From an uncultured Acidimicrobiia bacterium (GTDB lineage Bacteria; Actinomycetota; Acidimicrobiia; Acidimicrobiales; SZUA-35), in contig CBESNA010000001.1 of the NCBI GenBank assembly GCA_965530755.1, positions 4,739-68,738 of the forward strand: a stretch of 64,000 nt of DNA, written 5' to 3'. The notes beneath the pieces were generated by a model, which worked only from the letters and a program-made list of their open reading frames with translations, was not told where the DNA came from and did not search any database. How positions within the stretch are numbered: the first letter of the stretch is position 1; the number at the start of each line of letters is the position of its first letter. The position numbers and the translations under genes were made by a program. Shown in pieces: positions 1 to 10,561 of this stretch.

Positions 1-2
1 AC

Positions 3-173
3 CGGCTCCGGGTCTTCGATCTGCCGATCTACGTGCCGGTGCCCTGGAAGCAGACAGAGGATCGCTTGGAACTGATGGACATCGCCTTGGCCCACGATCC
101 GGAGTTCGCGCGAGCCCACTACCCGGCACAGGTTCGTCGGCATCACGAAGCCCTTCTACCACCGCTGACGTGA
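3..173 (+). CDS. 3' end of a CDS entering from the left window edge (partial, function not assignable)
   Basis: Frame 3 is open from the edge to TGA at 171-173 (...PEFARAHYPAQVRRHHEALLPPLT*). Third codon positions are G/C-rich. Only about 56 codons are visible. Confidence 0.3.
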   Translation, partial: RLRVFDLPIYVPVPWKQTEDRLELMDIALAHDPEFARAHYPAQVRRHHEALLPPLT

Positions 174-302
174 ACGCAACATCACGAGATTCCTCCCGCG
201 AGGGGGATCTCGGCGCATCCAGCTACCATTTTGGGCTTCCGTTGCGCAACCGCCGAAATCGGCACGTCGAATCGTTCGACACTCGCGACATGGAGGAAAC
301 AA

Positions 303-1169
303 ATGAACATCCTGAAGAACCCCCTGGCTCGCCTGCTTGCGGCACTGCTCGCCTTCTCACTCATCGCCGCTGCGTGCGGAAGCGATGCCGCCGAGGAATC
401 CGTCGACGCCGAGACACCCGCCGAATCCGGCGATGACACCGGACTTCCCGACCTCGAGGGTCGCACTGTGACCGTCGGCGTCGAGAACGCGTACCTCCCC
501 TTCAACTACGTCGCCGTCGGTTCCGACGAAGGCGAAGGCTGGGACTACGACGCCTGGAACGAGATCTGCCGCCTGCTGAACTGCACGGCCGAATTCGTCG
601 CCGCCGGCTGGCCGGACGTCATCGACCAGGTTGCCCAGGGTGAACTCGACACCGCCGCAGACGGCATCTCGATTACGCCGGAGCGCGAGGAGATCGTTGC
701 TTTCTCGAACTCATACATGGTCGTCCAGCAGAAGTTCATCGTTGGCAAGGACGACGATCGCTTCGCAACCGCTGACGACATCGTGAACAGCGACGCCATC
801 GTCGCCACCCAGGTCGGCACCTCGAACTTCGAGCTCGCCGAGAGCCTCCTGGGCGGCACAGACCGCATCCAGGCCTTCGACCAGTTCGGCCTCGCCGTGC
901 AGGCACTCATCGCCGGTGACGTCGACGCCGTCATCATCGACGACGCCGCAGGCCTCGGCTACATCGGTGAGAATGCCGACTCGGTCAAGACCCTCGACGA
1001 CGGCCTCCAGAGCGACCCGCTCGGGTTCATCTACCCGCTCGATTCCGACCTCGTCGACCCGGTCAACCAAGCCCTCGAAGAAATGAAGACCAGCGGATTC
1101 CTCGACAAGATCGGTGAGACCTTCTTCGGCGCCGGCTTCACCATCACCTACGACGACATCGAAGGCTGA
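303..1169 (+). CDS. ABC transporter substrate-binding lipoprotein, polar amino-acid (family 3) type
   Basis: Signal peptide with lipobox (LIAAACGSD). GGAGGA sits 5 nt upstream of ATG 303. Sequence resembles periplasmic amino-acid binding proteins. The ORF-track start at 231 lies upstream of the RBS and was rejected. Confidence 0.8.
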   Translation: MNILKNPLARLLAALLAFSLIAAACGSDAAEESVDAETPAESGDDTGLPDLEGRTVTVGVENAYLPFNYVAVGSDEGEGWDYDAWNEICRLLNCTAEFVAAGWPDVIDQVAQGELDTAADGISITPEREEIVAFSNSYMVVQQKFIVGKDDDRFATADDIVNSDAIVATQVGTSNFELAESLLGGTDRIQAFDQFGLAVQALIAGDVDAVIIDDAAGLGYIGENADSVKTLDDGLQSDPLGFIYPLDSDLVDPVNQALEEMKTSGFLDKIGETFFGAGFTITYDDIEG

Positions 1170-1205
1170 TGATGACGACGGGCAACGACCCGTCTCCTTG
1201 AATTA

Positions 1206-1245
1206 CAGTGCGCCGGGCCCTCGGGCCCGGCGCACTGCCGTTTTG
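1206..1245 (+). terminator. Intrinsic terminator/attenuator between the binding-protein and permease genes
   Basis: Perfect 15-bp inverted repeat CAGTGCGCCGGGCCC / GGGCCCGGCGCACTG (1206-1237), followed by CCGTTTTG. Confidence 0.65.
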
Positions 1246-1267
1246 CCAATCCAACCGAGGACCGCCG

Positions 1268-2104
1268 TTGACTGCGAACACTGCTACGCCCGTCACCGAA
1301 ACGATCGCTGTGACCAAGTTCGACTTCCGCGAGAGCTTCCCGTGGTGGCTGGTCATCATGGTCGGGATCATCGCGTCCCTGGTCGTGCTCGTCCTCACCT
1401 CCGAGGCCTACCAGGAGGCCTTCACCGAGATCATCCCTGGCCTGAAGGCGACACTGATCCTGACCGCCGGAAGTTTCGTGGTGTCGATCTTCCTCGGCCT
1501 CTTCATCGGTATCGCCCGCATGAGCAAGAACCCGTTCGTCAACACGCCGGCGACGGTCTACATCGAGTTCATCCGCGGCGTGCCGATGATCGTTTTCATC
1601 TTCGCCATCGCTCTCGTCTTGATCCCCGAATCGGTGAACGGCATCAACTCGCTCACCGAAAAGCTCGGATTCCCGACCGATCTGAAGACTCGCTCGGTTC
1701 CCAACCTCTGGCGTGGCGCCATCGCTCTTTGCCTGTTCTACGCCGCCTTCATCGCCGAGGTGTTCCGTGCCGGGATCCAATCGGTGGACAAGGGCCAGAT
1801 CGAAGCGGGCAAGGCACTCGGCCTCAGCGGCAGCACGATCATGCGCAAGATCACGCTTCCTCAGGCCGTGCGCAACACGCTGCCGGCGCTCGGGAACGAT
1901 CTGATCGCACTGTTCAAGGACACGTCGCTCGTCTCGGTCATCGCCGCAGCCGAGCTCACGTACAACGCCCGCATCTATCAGGGCAGCTCGTTCCGAGTAC
2001 GCGAGACCTTCTTCATCCTGATGGTCATCTACGTGACCCTCACGCTGGTGTTGTCGCTCGCTCTTCGCTTCCTCGAAGGTCGCCTCGCCATTCCTGATCG
2101 CTGA
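1268..2104 (+). CDS. Amino-acid ABC transporter permease (His/Glu/Gln/Arg/opine family)
   Basis: Multi-TM protein with the permease EAA-loop region (GKALGLSGSTIMRKITLPQAVRN). TTG 1268 is preceded by GAGGA at 6 nt. The ORF-track start at 1208 falls inside the terminator hairpin. Confidence 0.75.
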   Translation: MTANTATPVTETIAVTKFDFRESFPWWLVIMVGIIASLVVLVLTSEAYQEAFTEIIPGLKATLILTAGSFVVSIFLGLFIGIARMSKNPFVNTPATVYIEFIRGVPMIVFIFAIALVLIPESVNGINSLTEKLGFPTDLKTRSVPNLWRGAIALCLFYAAFIAEVFRAGIQSVDKGQIEAGKALGLSGSTIMRKITLPQAVRNTLPALGNDLIALFKDTSLVSVIAAAELTYNARIYQGSSFRVRETFFILMVIYVTLTLVLSLALRFLEGRLAIPDR

Positions 2105-2174
2105 GGCGCTCCTCGTCGTTCTGAGACACTGACCCTTCATTTCTGGGGGGGAGTGCCGCAGAACGGGGTCGGTG

Positions 2175-2702
2175 CTACTGCCGGGTCGAGCCGTGGTAGC
2201 CCGAGGGGATGAAGATGCAGGGAATCCCGTTGGTCTCGAACATCTTCACGTTGCGCGGATCGTCCTCGATCGCCAGGACTGGAGTGTAGTTCCGTGACTG
2301 CAGCTGCTCGATAGCGTGCTGTTTCATGAGCGTGGAACGTCGATAGTCGCCCGAGCTCCGCATGATCAGCAGATCCCACCGGACCTCGTGTTCGTGTAGC
2401 CACTTCAGCGTGATCCCGTCGATCCAATCCGACCGTGCCGTGACCAGCGCGATCACGTGATCATCGGCGACGGTCTCCAGCAGCCGGGCCTGCTCGAGGA
2501 GAAGGCCGTCACCGCCGGCGGCCAGGAAGAAGCTGTCCCAATCCTGCCAACGGCCATTCAGATAGTGCTGGCGGTGCCGCGCATCGGCGAGCACTCCGTC
2601 GATGTCGACCACCAGGGTGGGCGCCGGCGGATCGGGATCGGCTCGGCGCTCGCCGTTCGGCCAGTACCACGTGGGTTCGTCCTCGACGAAGCGATAGCTC
2701 AC
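2175..2702 (-). CDS. HAD-superfamily phosphatase-like protein
   Basis: DxDG nucleophile motif (LVVDIDGVL). Small single-domain protein, 14 bp downstream of acs on the same strand. Confidence 0.5.
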   Translation of the reverse strand: MSYRFVEDEPTWYWPNGERRADPDPPAPTLVVDIDGVLADARHRQHYLNGRWQDWDSFFLAAGGDGLLLEQARLLETVADDHVIALVTARSDWIDGITLKWLHEHEVRWDLLIMRSSGDYRRSTLMKQHAIEQLQSRNYTPVLAIEDDPRNVKMFETNGIPCIFIPSGYHGSTRQ

Positions 2703-2716
2703 TCAGGCGTCGACGG

Positions 2717-4672
<1,956 letters not shown>

Positions 4673-4737
4673 GAAACTACTCCCAGGTGGAGGAACAAAC
4701 GATGACGAAAAGAGCGGCGACCGGATGAGGGTCGAAC

Positions 4738-5319
4738 CTAGTCAAGCCGCGTCGGCGGATGCGGTCCAGTGGCGACGCCCAGCAGCGACGCCGTGCCGTC
4801 TCCTTCGCGGTGATGCCGGATCTCCAAGGCACCGAAACGCTCGAGGAGTTCCCCCGGACGGGCTCGATAAGCGCCCGGCTCGGCCCCAACCTCGCTGAGG
4901 ACAGCGACGGCCAACATCCCGCCGTCGGCGAGACGGTTCACGAGCTGCTCGTCGAGCCCGGGGGCCGAGAACAAGTGGCAAGTGATCAGGTCGACCGGAG
5001 GGCCAGGGGGCAGTCCACCGTCGAGGTCAGAACACACGAAATGCACTCGACCGCTCACCTCGTGCTCGTCGGCCAAGGTATTCGCGAGCCCGACGGCGAC
5101 CGGCGAGACGTCGGTTCCCAGGACCTCGAATCCACGCTCGGCCAACCACACTGCACCCTCCCCTGCTCCGCAGGCGACGTCGAGTGCAGTTCCCTCCACC
5201 GGCAGGTCGTTCTCGAACGACCGGAACCCGGCGGGGCACCGGGCGACCGCCTTGTCGGCAACACCGTGTTCACCGTCGATGTAGCGGCGGTCCCATCGCT
5301 CGCGATCGGCGGCGGTCAT
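4738..5319 (-). CDS. Class I SAM-dependent methyltransferase
   Basis: SAM-binding motif [18 protein letters not shown] followed by an acidic loop (GTDVS). Confidence 0.7.
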   Translation of the reverse strand: MTAADRERWDRRYIDGEHGVADKAVARCPAGFRSFENDLPVEGTALDVACGAGEGAVWLAERGFEVLGTDVSPVAVGLANTLADEHEVSGRVHFVCSDLDGGLPPGPPVDLITCHLFSAPGLDEQLVNRLADGGMLAVAVLSEVGAEPGAYRARPGELLERFGALEIRHHREGDGTASLLGVATGPHPPTRLD

Positions 5320-5335
5320 CGGCAGCCCAATCCGC

Positions 5336-5950
5336 TCACGGCAACCGGTAGTGCTGTCGGATGCCGGCGATCAGGAGGTCCAGGCCGGCCTCGAACATGG
5401 CATCTCCGCTGATCTGTTCGATCTGTGCGAAGTAGTCGGACATCCCATCCGAAGCAGCTCCGACGGGTTGGGGCGCCAAGGCGGTTCCAATCTCGTTCAC
5501 TGCGTGGCCCATGGCGAACGACACGGCGAGATGGAGTGCCATGTGTGCCTCTTCGATCGAAAGACCCACTCCGACGAACCGCTCGTGGGCCCAGTGCAGC
5601 ACCCGAACCGAGTTCTCAGACCTGACAGACCGAGACGCGAAGAGCTCCGGTGCCGACTCGTGTTCGAGAAGGACGGAGAGGAAGGCACGGAGACCTCGCC
5701 GAATGGCCTGCTCCCAATCGGCGGGGTCGACGCTGGTGGGGAGGTCGATCTCGCCGTACAAGTGATCGACGACCGCATCGAGTAGATCGTTCTTGTTCTC
5801 GATGTAGTGGTAGAGCGACATTGCCTCGACGCCGAGTTCGGCACCGAGCTTGCGCATCGAGAGACCGACGAGACCATTTGTGTCGATGAGTCCGAGAGCT
5901 ACGGCGGCAATCCGCTCCCGGCTCAGCACGGGTCTCGACGTGTCCGACAT
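5336..5950 (-). CDS. TetR family transcriptional regulator
   Basis: N-terminal TetR HTH (GLSMRKLGAELGVEAMSLYHYIENKNDLL) with an all-helical C-terminal domain. Confidence 0.85.
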   Translation of the reverse strand: MSDTSRPVLSRERIAAVALGLIDTNGLVGLSMRKLGAELGVEAMSLYHYIENKNDLLDAVVDHLYGEIDLPTSVDPADWEQAIRRGLRAFLSVLLEHESAPELFASRSVRSENSVRVLHWAHERFVGVGLSIEEAHMALHLAVSFAMGHAVNEIGTALAPQPVGAASDGMSDYFAQIEQISGDAMFEAGLDLLIAGIRQHYRLP

Positions 5951-5959
5951 TGTCGCAGA

Positions 5960-6961
5960 CTACTCGGGCCGCCCGACAGGCGAGCTGCCGAGCCACTCGA
6001 GGCAAAGGAATCCGCCGAGCCCTGACGGGTCGAGCAGGGCCTCGGCTTCCCGGACCCTGCTCCGCATGCGCAGGGCGGCGAGGTCGCCGATCCCAGCGTG
6101 CTCGCGCCAATAGGAGCGTCCCTCCTCGACGAGTTTCTCGATGCCGTGGTCACGAAGAAAGTCGGCCTGAAGTCGGTGACGGTCAGGTGTCGGCAGCTGG
6201 TCGACGGCGAGGTCTGTCGTGATGTCACGCTCCCCCGGGTCGGCGAAGGGGTCGTCGCCTCGCTCGTGCCGCCGGTACGTCCGCAACCAACCCCCGCGCT
6301 CGGCGAGCTCGGCGGTTGTCGCCACTCCGTAGTCGAACGCCACGACCCGAAGCGGCGAACCGGCGAGCAGGTCGTCGATCAGGCGTGTTGCTCGGTCGAG
6401 AACAGGAAACGGCTGGTCGAGCGGGATCTCGACAGAGACAGTGCCCCGACGCTCCCACCCTGCCGTCGGCCCGGCGTCACCATCGGACACCGTCATCACG
6501 TGGTCGCCATTTGCGGTTCGCAGGCCGACATCGAAGGGGACGTTGTCCAGCAGTTCGTTGGCGATGATCACGGCGCCGGAGACATCGGGCAGCTCACCTC
6601 CCGTCGCCCGGTCGACACCGATCAGCGACCATGCCTGGGCACACGCCGGCGACGCCAACTCGAGTGCCCGCAGCAGCCCGCCGGGTCCACTGCCGAGATC
6701 GATCACCGGGAAACGAGACGGCCGACCTGCGTCACTCCACCAACGGTCGATGGCTCGAGCCAGGACGGCTCCGAACAATGGCCCGGCTTCGGGACTGGTG
6801 ATGAAGTCGCCCCCGCGACCACCGGCCATGCCTCGGCCGGAGGAATAGAAACCGACCTCGCTGTCGTAGAGACAGCGCTCCATGTAGTCGCTGAACAGCA
6901 CGGAGGGGAACCTATCGGCCCCCTGGGGATGGGCCGTTCGGCCATATTCGTACAGCCGCAT
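5960..6961 (-). CDS. MidA/NDUFAF7-family (DUF185) SAM-dependent methyltransferase
   Basis: Family signature GGDFITSPEAGPLFG. Length 333 aa is consistent with the family. Confidence 0.7.
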   Translation of the reverse strand: MRLYEYGRTAHPQGADRFPSVLFSDYMERCLYDSEVGFYSSGRGMAGGRGGDFITSPEAGPLFGAVLARAIDRWWSDAGRPSRFPVIDLGSGPGGLLRALELASPACAQAWSLIGVDRATGGELPDVSGAVIIANELLDNVPFDVGLRTANGDHVMTVSDGDAGPTAGWERRGTVSVEIPLDQPFPVLDRATRLIDDLLAGSPLRVVAFDYGVATTAELAERGGWLRTYRRHERGDDPFADPGERDITTDLAVDQLPTPDRHRLQADFLRDHGIEKLVEEGRSYWREHAGIGDLAALRMRSRVREAEALLDPSGLGGFLCLEWLGSSPVGRPE

Positions 6962-7006
6962 CTACCCAGAAGTCAAGGCAGAGCCGTAGCTGCCGTTCTC
7001 TATCGT

Positions 7007-9025
7007 GTGGGAACCAACCTTTCAAGAACCAGGCGCGCTGCGGTGGCGACCGCGACCGCGCTCTTCTTGACGACGTTCGTCATGCTCTCGGGTGTCGGCG
7101 CTCAAGGCGACCAGCCCGCAGACGACACGTACGTCGACGACGCCATGTTCTACGACGAGGTCTGCGATCCGGCATTTCACCCGAACTGGGAGTCCGACCC
7201 GTATTGCAACCCGGCTCTCTACGACGATCCGACGTTTGCAGACGACCCGACGTCGCCATCGGTGTTGGCCCTCACCACTGGTCGAAGCGCTTCGATCCTC
7301 ACCGACCGAGGCGGCGTCGACACCGATATCGACCTCGCCGACCTCGCCTTCGACGACGCCGTTCGGGTCGGCGCCGCCCGGATGCTGCTCGCCATCGACG
7401 CTCTCGCCGAGCTCGGTGCCTTCGAACGATCCGACCCGCCGGGCGGGGCAACGCTGGTGCGAGACATTCGGGACACGATCCCGGCCGCCGGCCTCACAGA
7501 CGACGGCTACATCGAGGAACTCCGACGCTTCAACGACGACTTCGGACCGTTCCTCCTCCAGTTGCTGGACTCTGGCGCCGTCGTGAGCGACGACCTCTGG
7601 ATCGCCGCCGACGACCTCGGCATGGTGGCCCTCGCATTCGACGGGGTCGAAGCGGGCGCCACGGCTATTCTTCCGCCCGGCCCGTGGATCGTCGGAGTCG
7701 GAGATCTCCTGGTTCGGGGAGGCGCCACCGGGCCGCCATTGAGCCTTGCCGCCGACGCCGAGGCGATTCGCTCGATGCTGCAAGACCTCGCCGTCGATGA
7801 GGTCACTCCGTCCACCGTTGCCCCGACGCCTTCCGTGCCTACACCGGCGACCGCAGCCCTCCCCGACCCGGATCCCGCCGTCGCTGACTCGGCCGGATCC
7901 TTCCCCTACCTCTGGGCAGCACTGGCCGTTCTCGCCGCAATCGTCGGCGTCGGCGTCGCTGCCGCCACGAGCCGGCGGTCCGTTGAAGCCGGCGACGACG
8001 CAACAGCGCCGACTCGGACCTCGGCCACCGATCCTGAGCCGCCGTCCCACTCCGAAGAGAGCGATCGGCCGGCTCGCCAGGAGGCGCCGTCGGTGGCCGA
8101 CCTTCTCGATGCAAGCCGACGTATGACATCTGCGCTCGATGCGACGTCGATCGCGACCATTGCCTTGTCAGAGGCGTTGCGGCTTGCCGATGCCGAGGGC
8201 GGAATCATCGTTCGCCGAACCGACGACGGGCCCGATCCGATCAGCTGCGAACCTCCCATGTTGTTCAACTACGACCACGTCGCCGATGGATGCCTCCCGC
8301 GCATCATGGATACCGGCCGATCGATCACCTCCATCGCCCAGCACGAACCGCTGTTGGTCGAGGTCCCAATGGCCATGGCTGCCGTGCCGATCGTCGCTGC
8401 CGGGACCGTGACCGGAGCCATCCTCGTCGTCCGGGTGTCGGCCAGACCGTTCAGCCGCGATGAACTCGATGCCCTCGAGATGCTCGCTCCCCTGGCCGGC
8501 TCGGCATTCGCCGCGGCCGACACGCACGAGTCGGCAACCGAGTTGCGCGACGTCGAACCTCTGACCGGTCTGCAGAACCGCCGACGCCTCGACCGTGATC
8601 TGGCCGCCATCTCGCCAGACGACCAGGTCGCCTACGTGATGGTCGACATCGACCACTTCAAGAACTTCAACGACACCAATGGGCACGCCGCCGGTGATGA
8701 CGCCCTGCGGCGAGTCTCGGAGCTATTGGCGGCGTCGGTTCGCCCAATGGATCTCGTCTACCGGTACGGCGGCGAGGAGTTCTGTGTGCTCCTTCCCGGA
8801 GCTACTGCAGAGGCGGCCCTTGTCGTGGCAGAACGAGCGCGAGCCGCTGTCGAGAGCGCCGTCATCCCAGGGATGGAGAACCAGCCAGAAGGCCGGGTCA
8901 CGATCTCGGTCGGCGTGAGCGATTCGGCGTGGGGTTCACCGGCTGACTTAGTCGAGCGGGCCGACGCTGCGCTCTACGAGGCGAAGCGAAGCGGCCGCAA
9001 CCGCGTCAACCTCCACCAGCCCTGA
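7007..9025 (+). CDS. Membrane-anchored GAF-GGDEF diguanylate cyclase with an extracytoplasmic N-terminal domain
   Basis: GTG 7007 precedes a signal/anchor segment (AVATATALFLTTFVMLSGVGAQG). A second TM follows (FPYLWAALAVLAAIVGVGVAAA), then a GAF-like region and a GGDEF domain with active site GGEEF and I-site RPMD five residues upstream. The 5' part of ORF 6098..9025 is antisense to midA and was rejected. Confidence 0.85.
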   Translation: MGTNLSRTRRAAVATATALFLTTFVMLSGVGAQGDQPADDTYVDDAMFYDEVCDPAFHPNWESDPYCNPALYDDPTFADDPTSPSVLALTTGRSASILTDRGGVDTDIDLADLAFDDAVRVGAARMLLAIDALAELGAFERSDPPGGATLVRDIRDTIPAAGLTDDGYIEELRRFNDDFGPFLLQLLDSGAVVSDDLWIAADDLGMVALAFDGVEAGATAILPPGPWIVGVGDLLVRGGATGPPLSLAADAEAIRSMLQDLAVDEVTPSTVAPTPSVPTPATAALPDPDPAVADSAGSFPYLWAALAVLAAIVGVGVAAATSRRSVEAGDDATAPTRTSATDPEPPSHSEESDRPARQEAPSVADLLDASRRMTSALDATSIATIALSEALRLADAEGGIIVRRTDDGPDPISCEPPMLFNYDHVADGCLPRIMDTGRSITSIAQHEPLLVEVPMAMAAVPIVAAGTVTGAILVVRVSARPFSRDELDALEMLAPLAGSAFAAADTHESATELRDVEPLTGLQNRRRLDRDLAAISPDDQVAYVMVDIDHFKNFNDTNGHAAGDDALRRVSELLAASVRPMDLVYRYGGEEFCVLLPGATAEAALVVAERARAAVESAVIPGMENQPEGRVTISVGVSDSAWGSPADLVERADAALYEAKRSGRNRVNLHQP

Positions 9026-9031
9026 CCAGTC

Positions 9032-10558
9032 CTACGACAGACTGAAGTTGGTCATATTCGAGATCTCGCCGAGCAGCACCGAACCGGACAACAGGGTGAA
9101 GATCACGGTCAGGGCCAGTGCAGCCTGGAGGGTCGGTGTCATGGGGATCGGCGACTCGTCGCCGTCCGGCACCGGCATGAACCACATCTGCTTGGCGATC
9201 GCGAGGTAGTAGTAGGCCGCGATCACCGAGTTCACAGCGGCCACCAGGGCCAAGGCGATACCCCAGGAGTTGCCACCATCGGTGAGCACACGGAAGATCT
9301 CGAATTTGGCCCACCAGCCTCCGACCGGAGGAATGCCCGCCAAGCTGAAGAGGAACGCCGTCATCACTGCGGTGAGTCCCGGCGCGTAGTTGAACAGGCC
9401 GCCGTAGCTCGAGATCTCACCGGAGCGGGTCTTGCGGGCCACCGAGATCACGACGGCGAAAGCGCCGAGATTCATCGCGGCGTAGATCACGAGGTATGTG
9501 ACGATCGCGGAGGTCGCCTGCTCCGGTCGATCGCCGAACACAGCGAGCGGGGCCAGCATGTAGCCGGCCTGGGCGATGCCGGAGTAGGCCAACATCCTGA
9601 CGATGTTGGTCTGACGCAGGGCGATCAGGTTGCCAACCGTCATGGTCAGTGCACTGAGCACCCAGAGCAGTGGCTCGACGACATCGGCCCGACCGGGGAA
9701 GGCGTAGATCACGACGCTGACCAGCGCCACGAAACCTGCGGCCTTCGATGCGACGGCGAGGAACGCGGTGAGCGGAGTCGGGGCGCCCTCGTAGGTATCG
9801 GGTGCCCAGGTGTGAAACGGGACGGCCGAGACCTTGAAACCGAACCCGATGATCGTGAACACCACGGCGAGGGTGACGGCTGGCGCGCTTTCACCACCGG
9901 CGATCGCATCCCCGATGTCGGTGAGCTTCGTGCTGCCGGTCAGGCCGTAGAGCAGGGACATCCCGTAGAGCATGATTCCCGAGGCGAACACACCCATCAG
10001 CATGAACTTGAGGCCGGCCTCGTTCGACTTGAGGTCTCGCTTGCGCCAGGCGGCCATGAGGTACGCCGGGATGGAGACGAGCTCGATCGCAACGAAGATC
10101 GAGATGAGATCGCGGGCGGAGGTCATCACCAGCATGCCGACGATCGACGCCGAGATCAGTTGGTAGAACTCGCTGTCGTAGTAGTCACCCTCGAGCATGT
10201 AGTTCGACGAGAGCAGTACCACTACGTAGCCGGTGAGCAGGAACATCGCCTTCAGCACGAGGGCGTATTCGTCCACCACCCAGGCACCGTCGAACATGAC
10301 CCGCGGCAGCTGGTCGCCGTCGTTCCAAAGCGTGATGACGGGGATGAGCGCGATCAGGAACGTGAAGCTGGTGAGCGTCGGGATCAGTCGTCTGACTCGT
10401 TCGAGTCCGAGCAGGTCGACAACGGTGACGATCGCCCCGGTCAACAGCAAGAGCAGCTCGGGCGCAACCGCATGCCAATCGATGGCGGGTCGGTCGAACG
10501 GAACGACCTCGACCTGAGCCAGAGAGGCGATGATGTGAGCCGTGATGGCAGCGAACAT
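9032..10558 (-). CDS. nuoN: NADH-quinone oxidoreductase subunit N (cluster 1, EFG-less)
   Basis: 14-TM antiporter-like subunit (FKVSAVPFHTWAPDTYEGAPTP). Last gene of the cluster. Confidence 0.9.
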   Translation of the reverse strand: MFAAITAHIIASLAQVEVVPFDRPAIDWHAVAPELLLLLTGAIVTVVDLLGLERVRRLIPTLTSFTFLIALIPVITLWNDGDQLPRVMFDGAWVVDEYALVLKAMFLLTGYVVVLLSSNYMLEGDYYDSEFYQLISASIVGMLVMTSARDLISIFVAIELVSIPAYLMAAWRKRDLKSNEAGLKFMLMGVFASGIMLYGMSLLYGLTGSTKLTDIGDAIAGGESAPAVTLAVVFTIIGFGFKVSAVPFHTWAPDTYEGAPTPLTAFLAVASKAAGFVALVSVVIYAFPGRADVVEPLLWVLSALTMTVGNLIALRQTNIVRMLAYSGIAQAGYMLAPLAVFGDRPEQATSAIVTYLVIYAAMNLGAFAVVISVARKTRSGEISSYGGLFNYAPGLTAVMTAFLFSLAGIPPVGGWWAKFEIFRVLTDGGNSWGIALALVAAVNSVIAAYYYLAIAKQMWFMPVPDGDESPIPMTPTLQAALALTVIFTLLSGSVLLGEISNMTNFSLS

Positions 10559-10561
10559 TGG

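Noticed and set aside
191-207. Short GC hairpin (CCTCCC-GCGA-GGGGG) 18 nt after the partial upstream CDS, as a possible terminator
   Set aside because: The stem is only about 5 bp with a wobble pair, and there is no U-tract, so it is too weak to call.
6098-7006. The 5' 300 codons of the 975-aa ORF 6098..9025
   Set aside because: This part is antisense to the well-supported MidA-family gene and has no protein-like features. The signal/anchor sequence begins right after GTG 7007, which lies in the intergenic gap.
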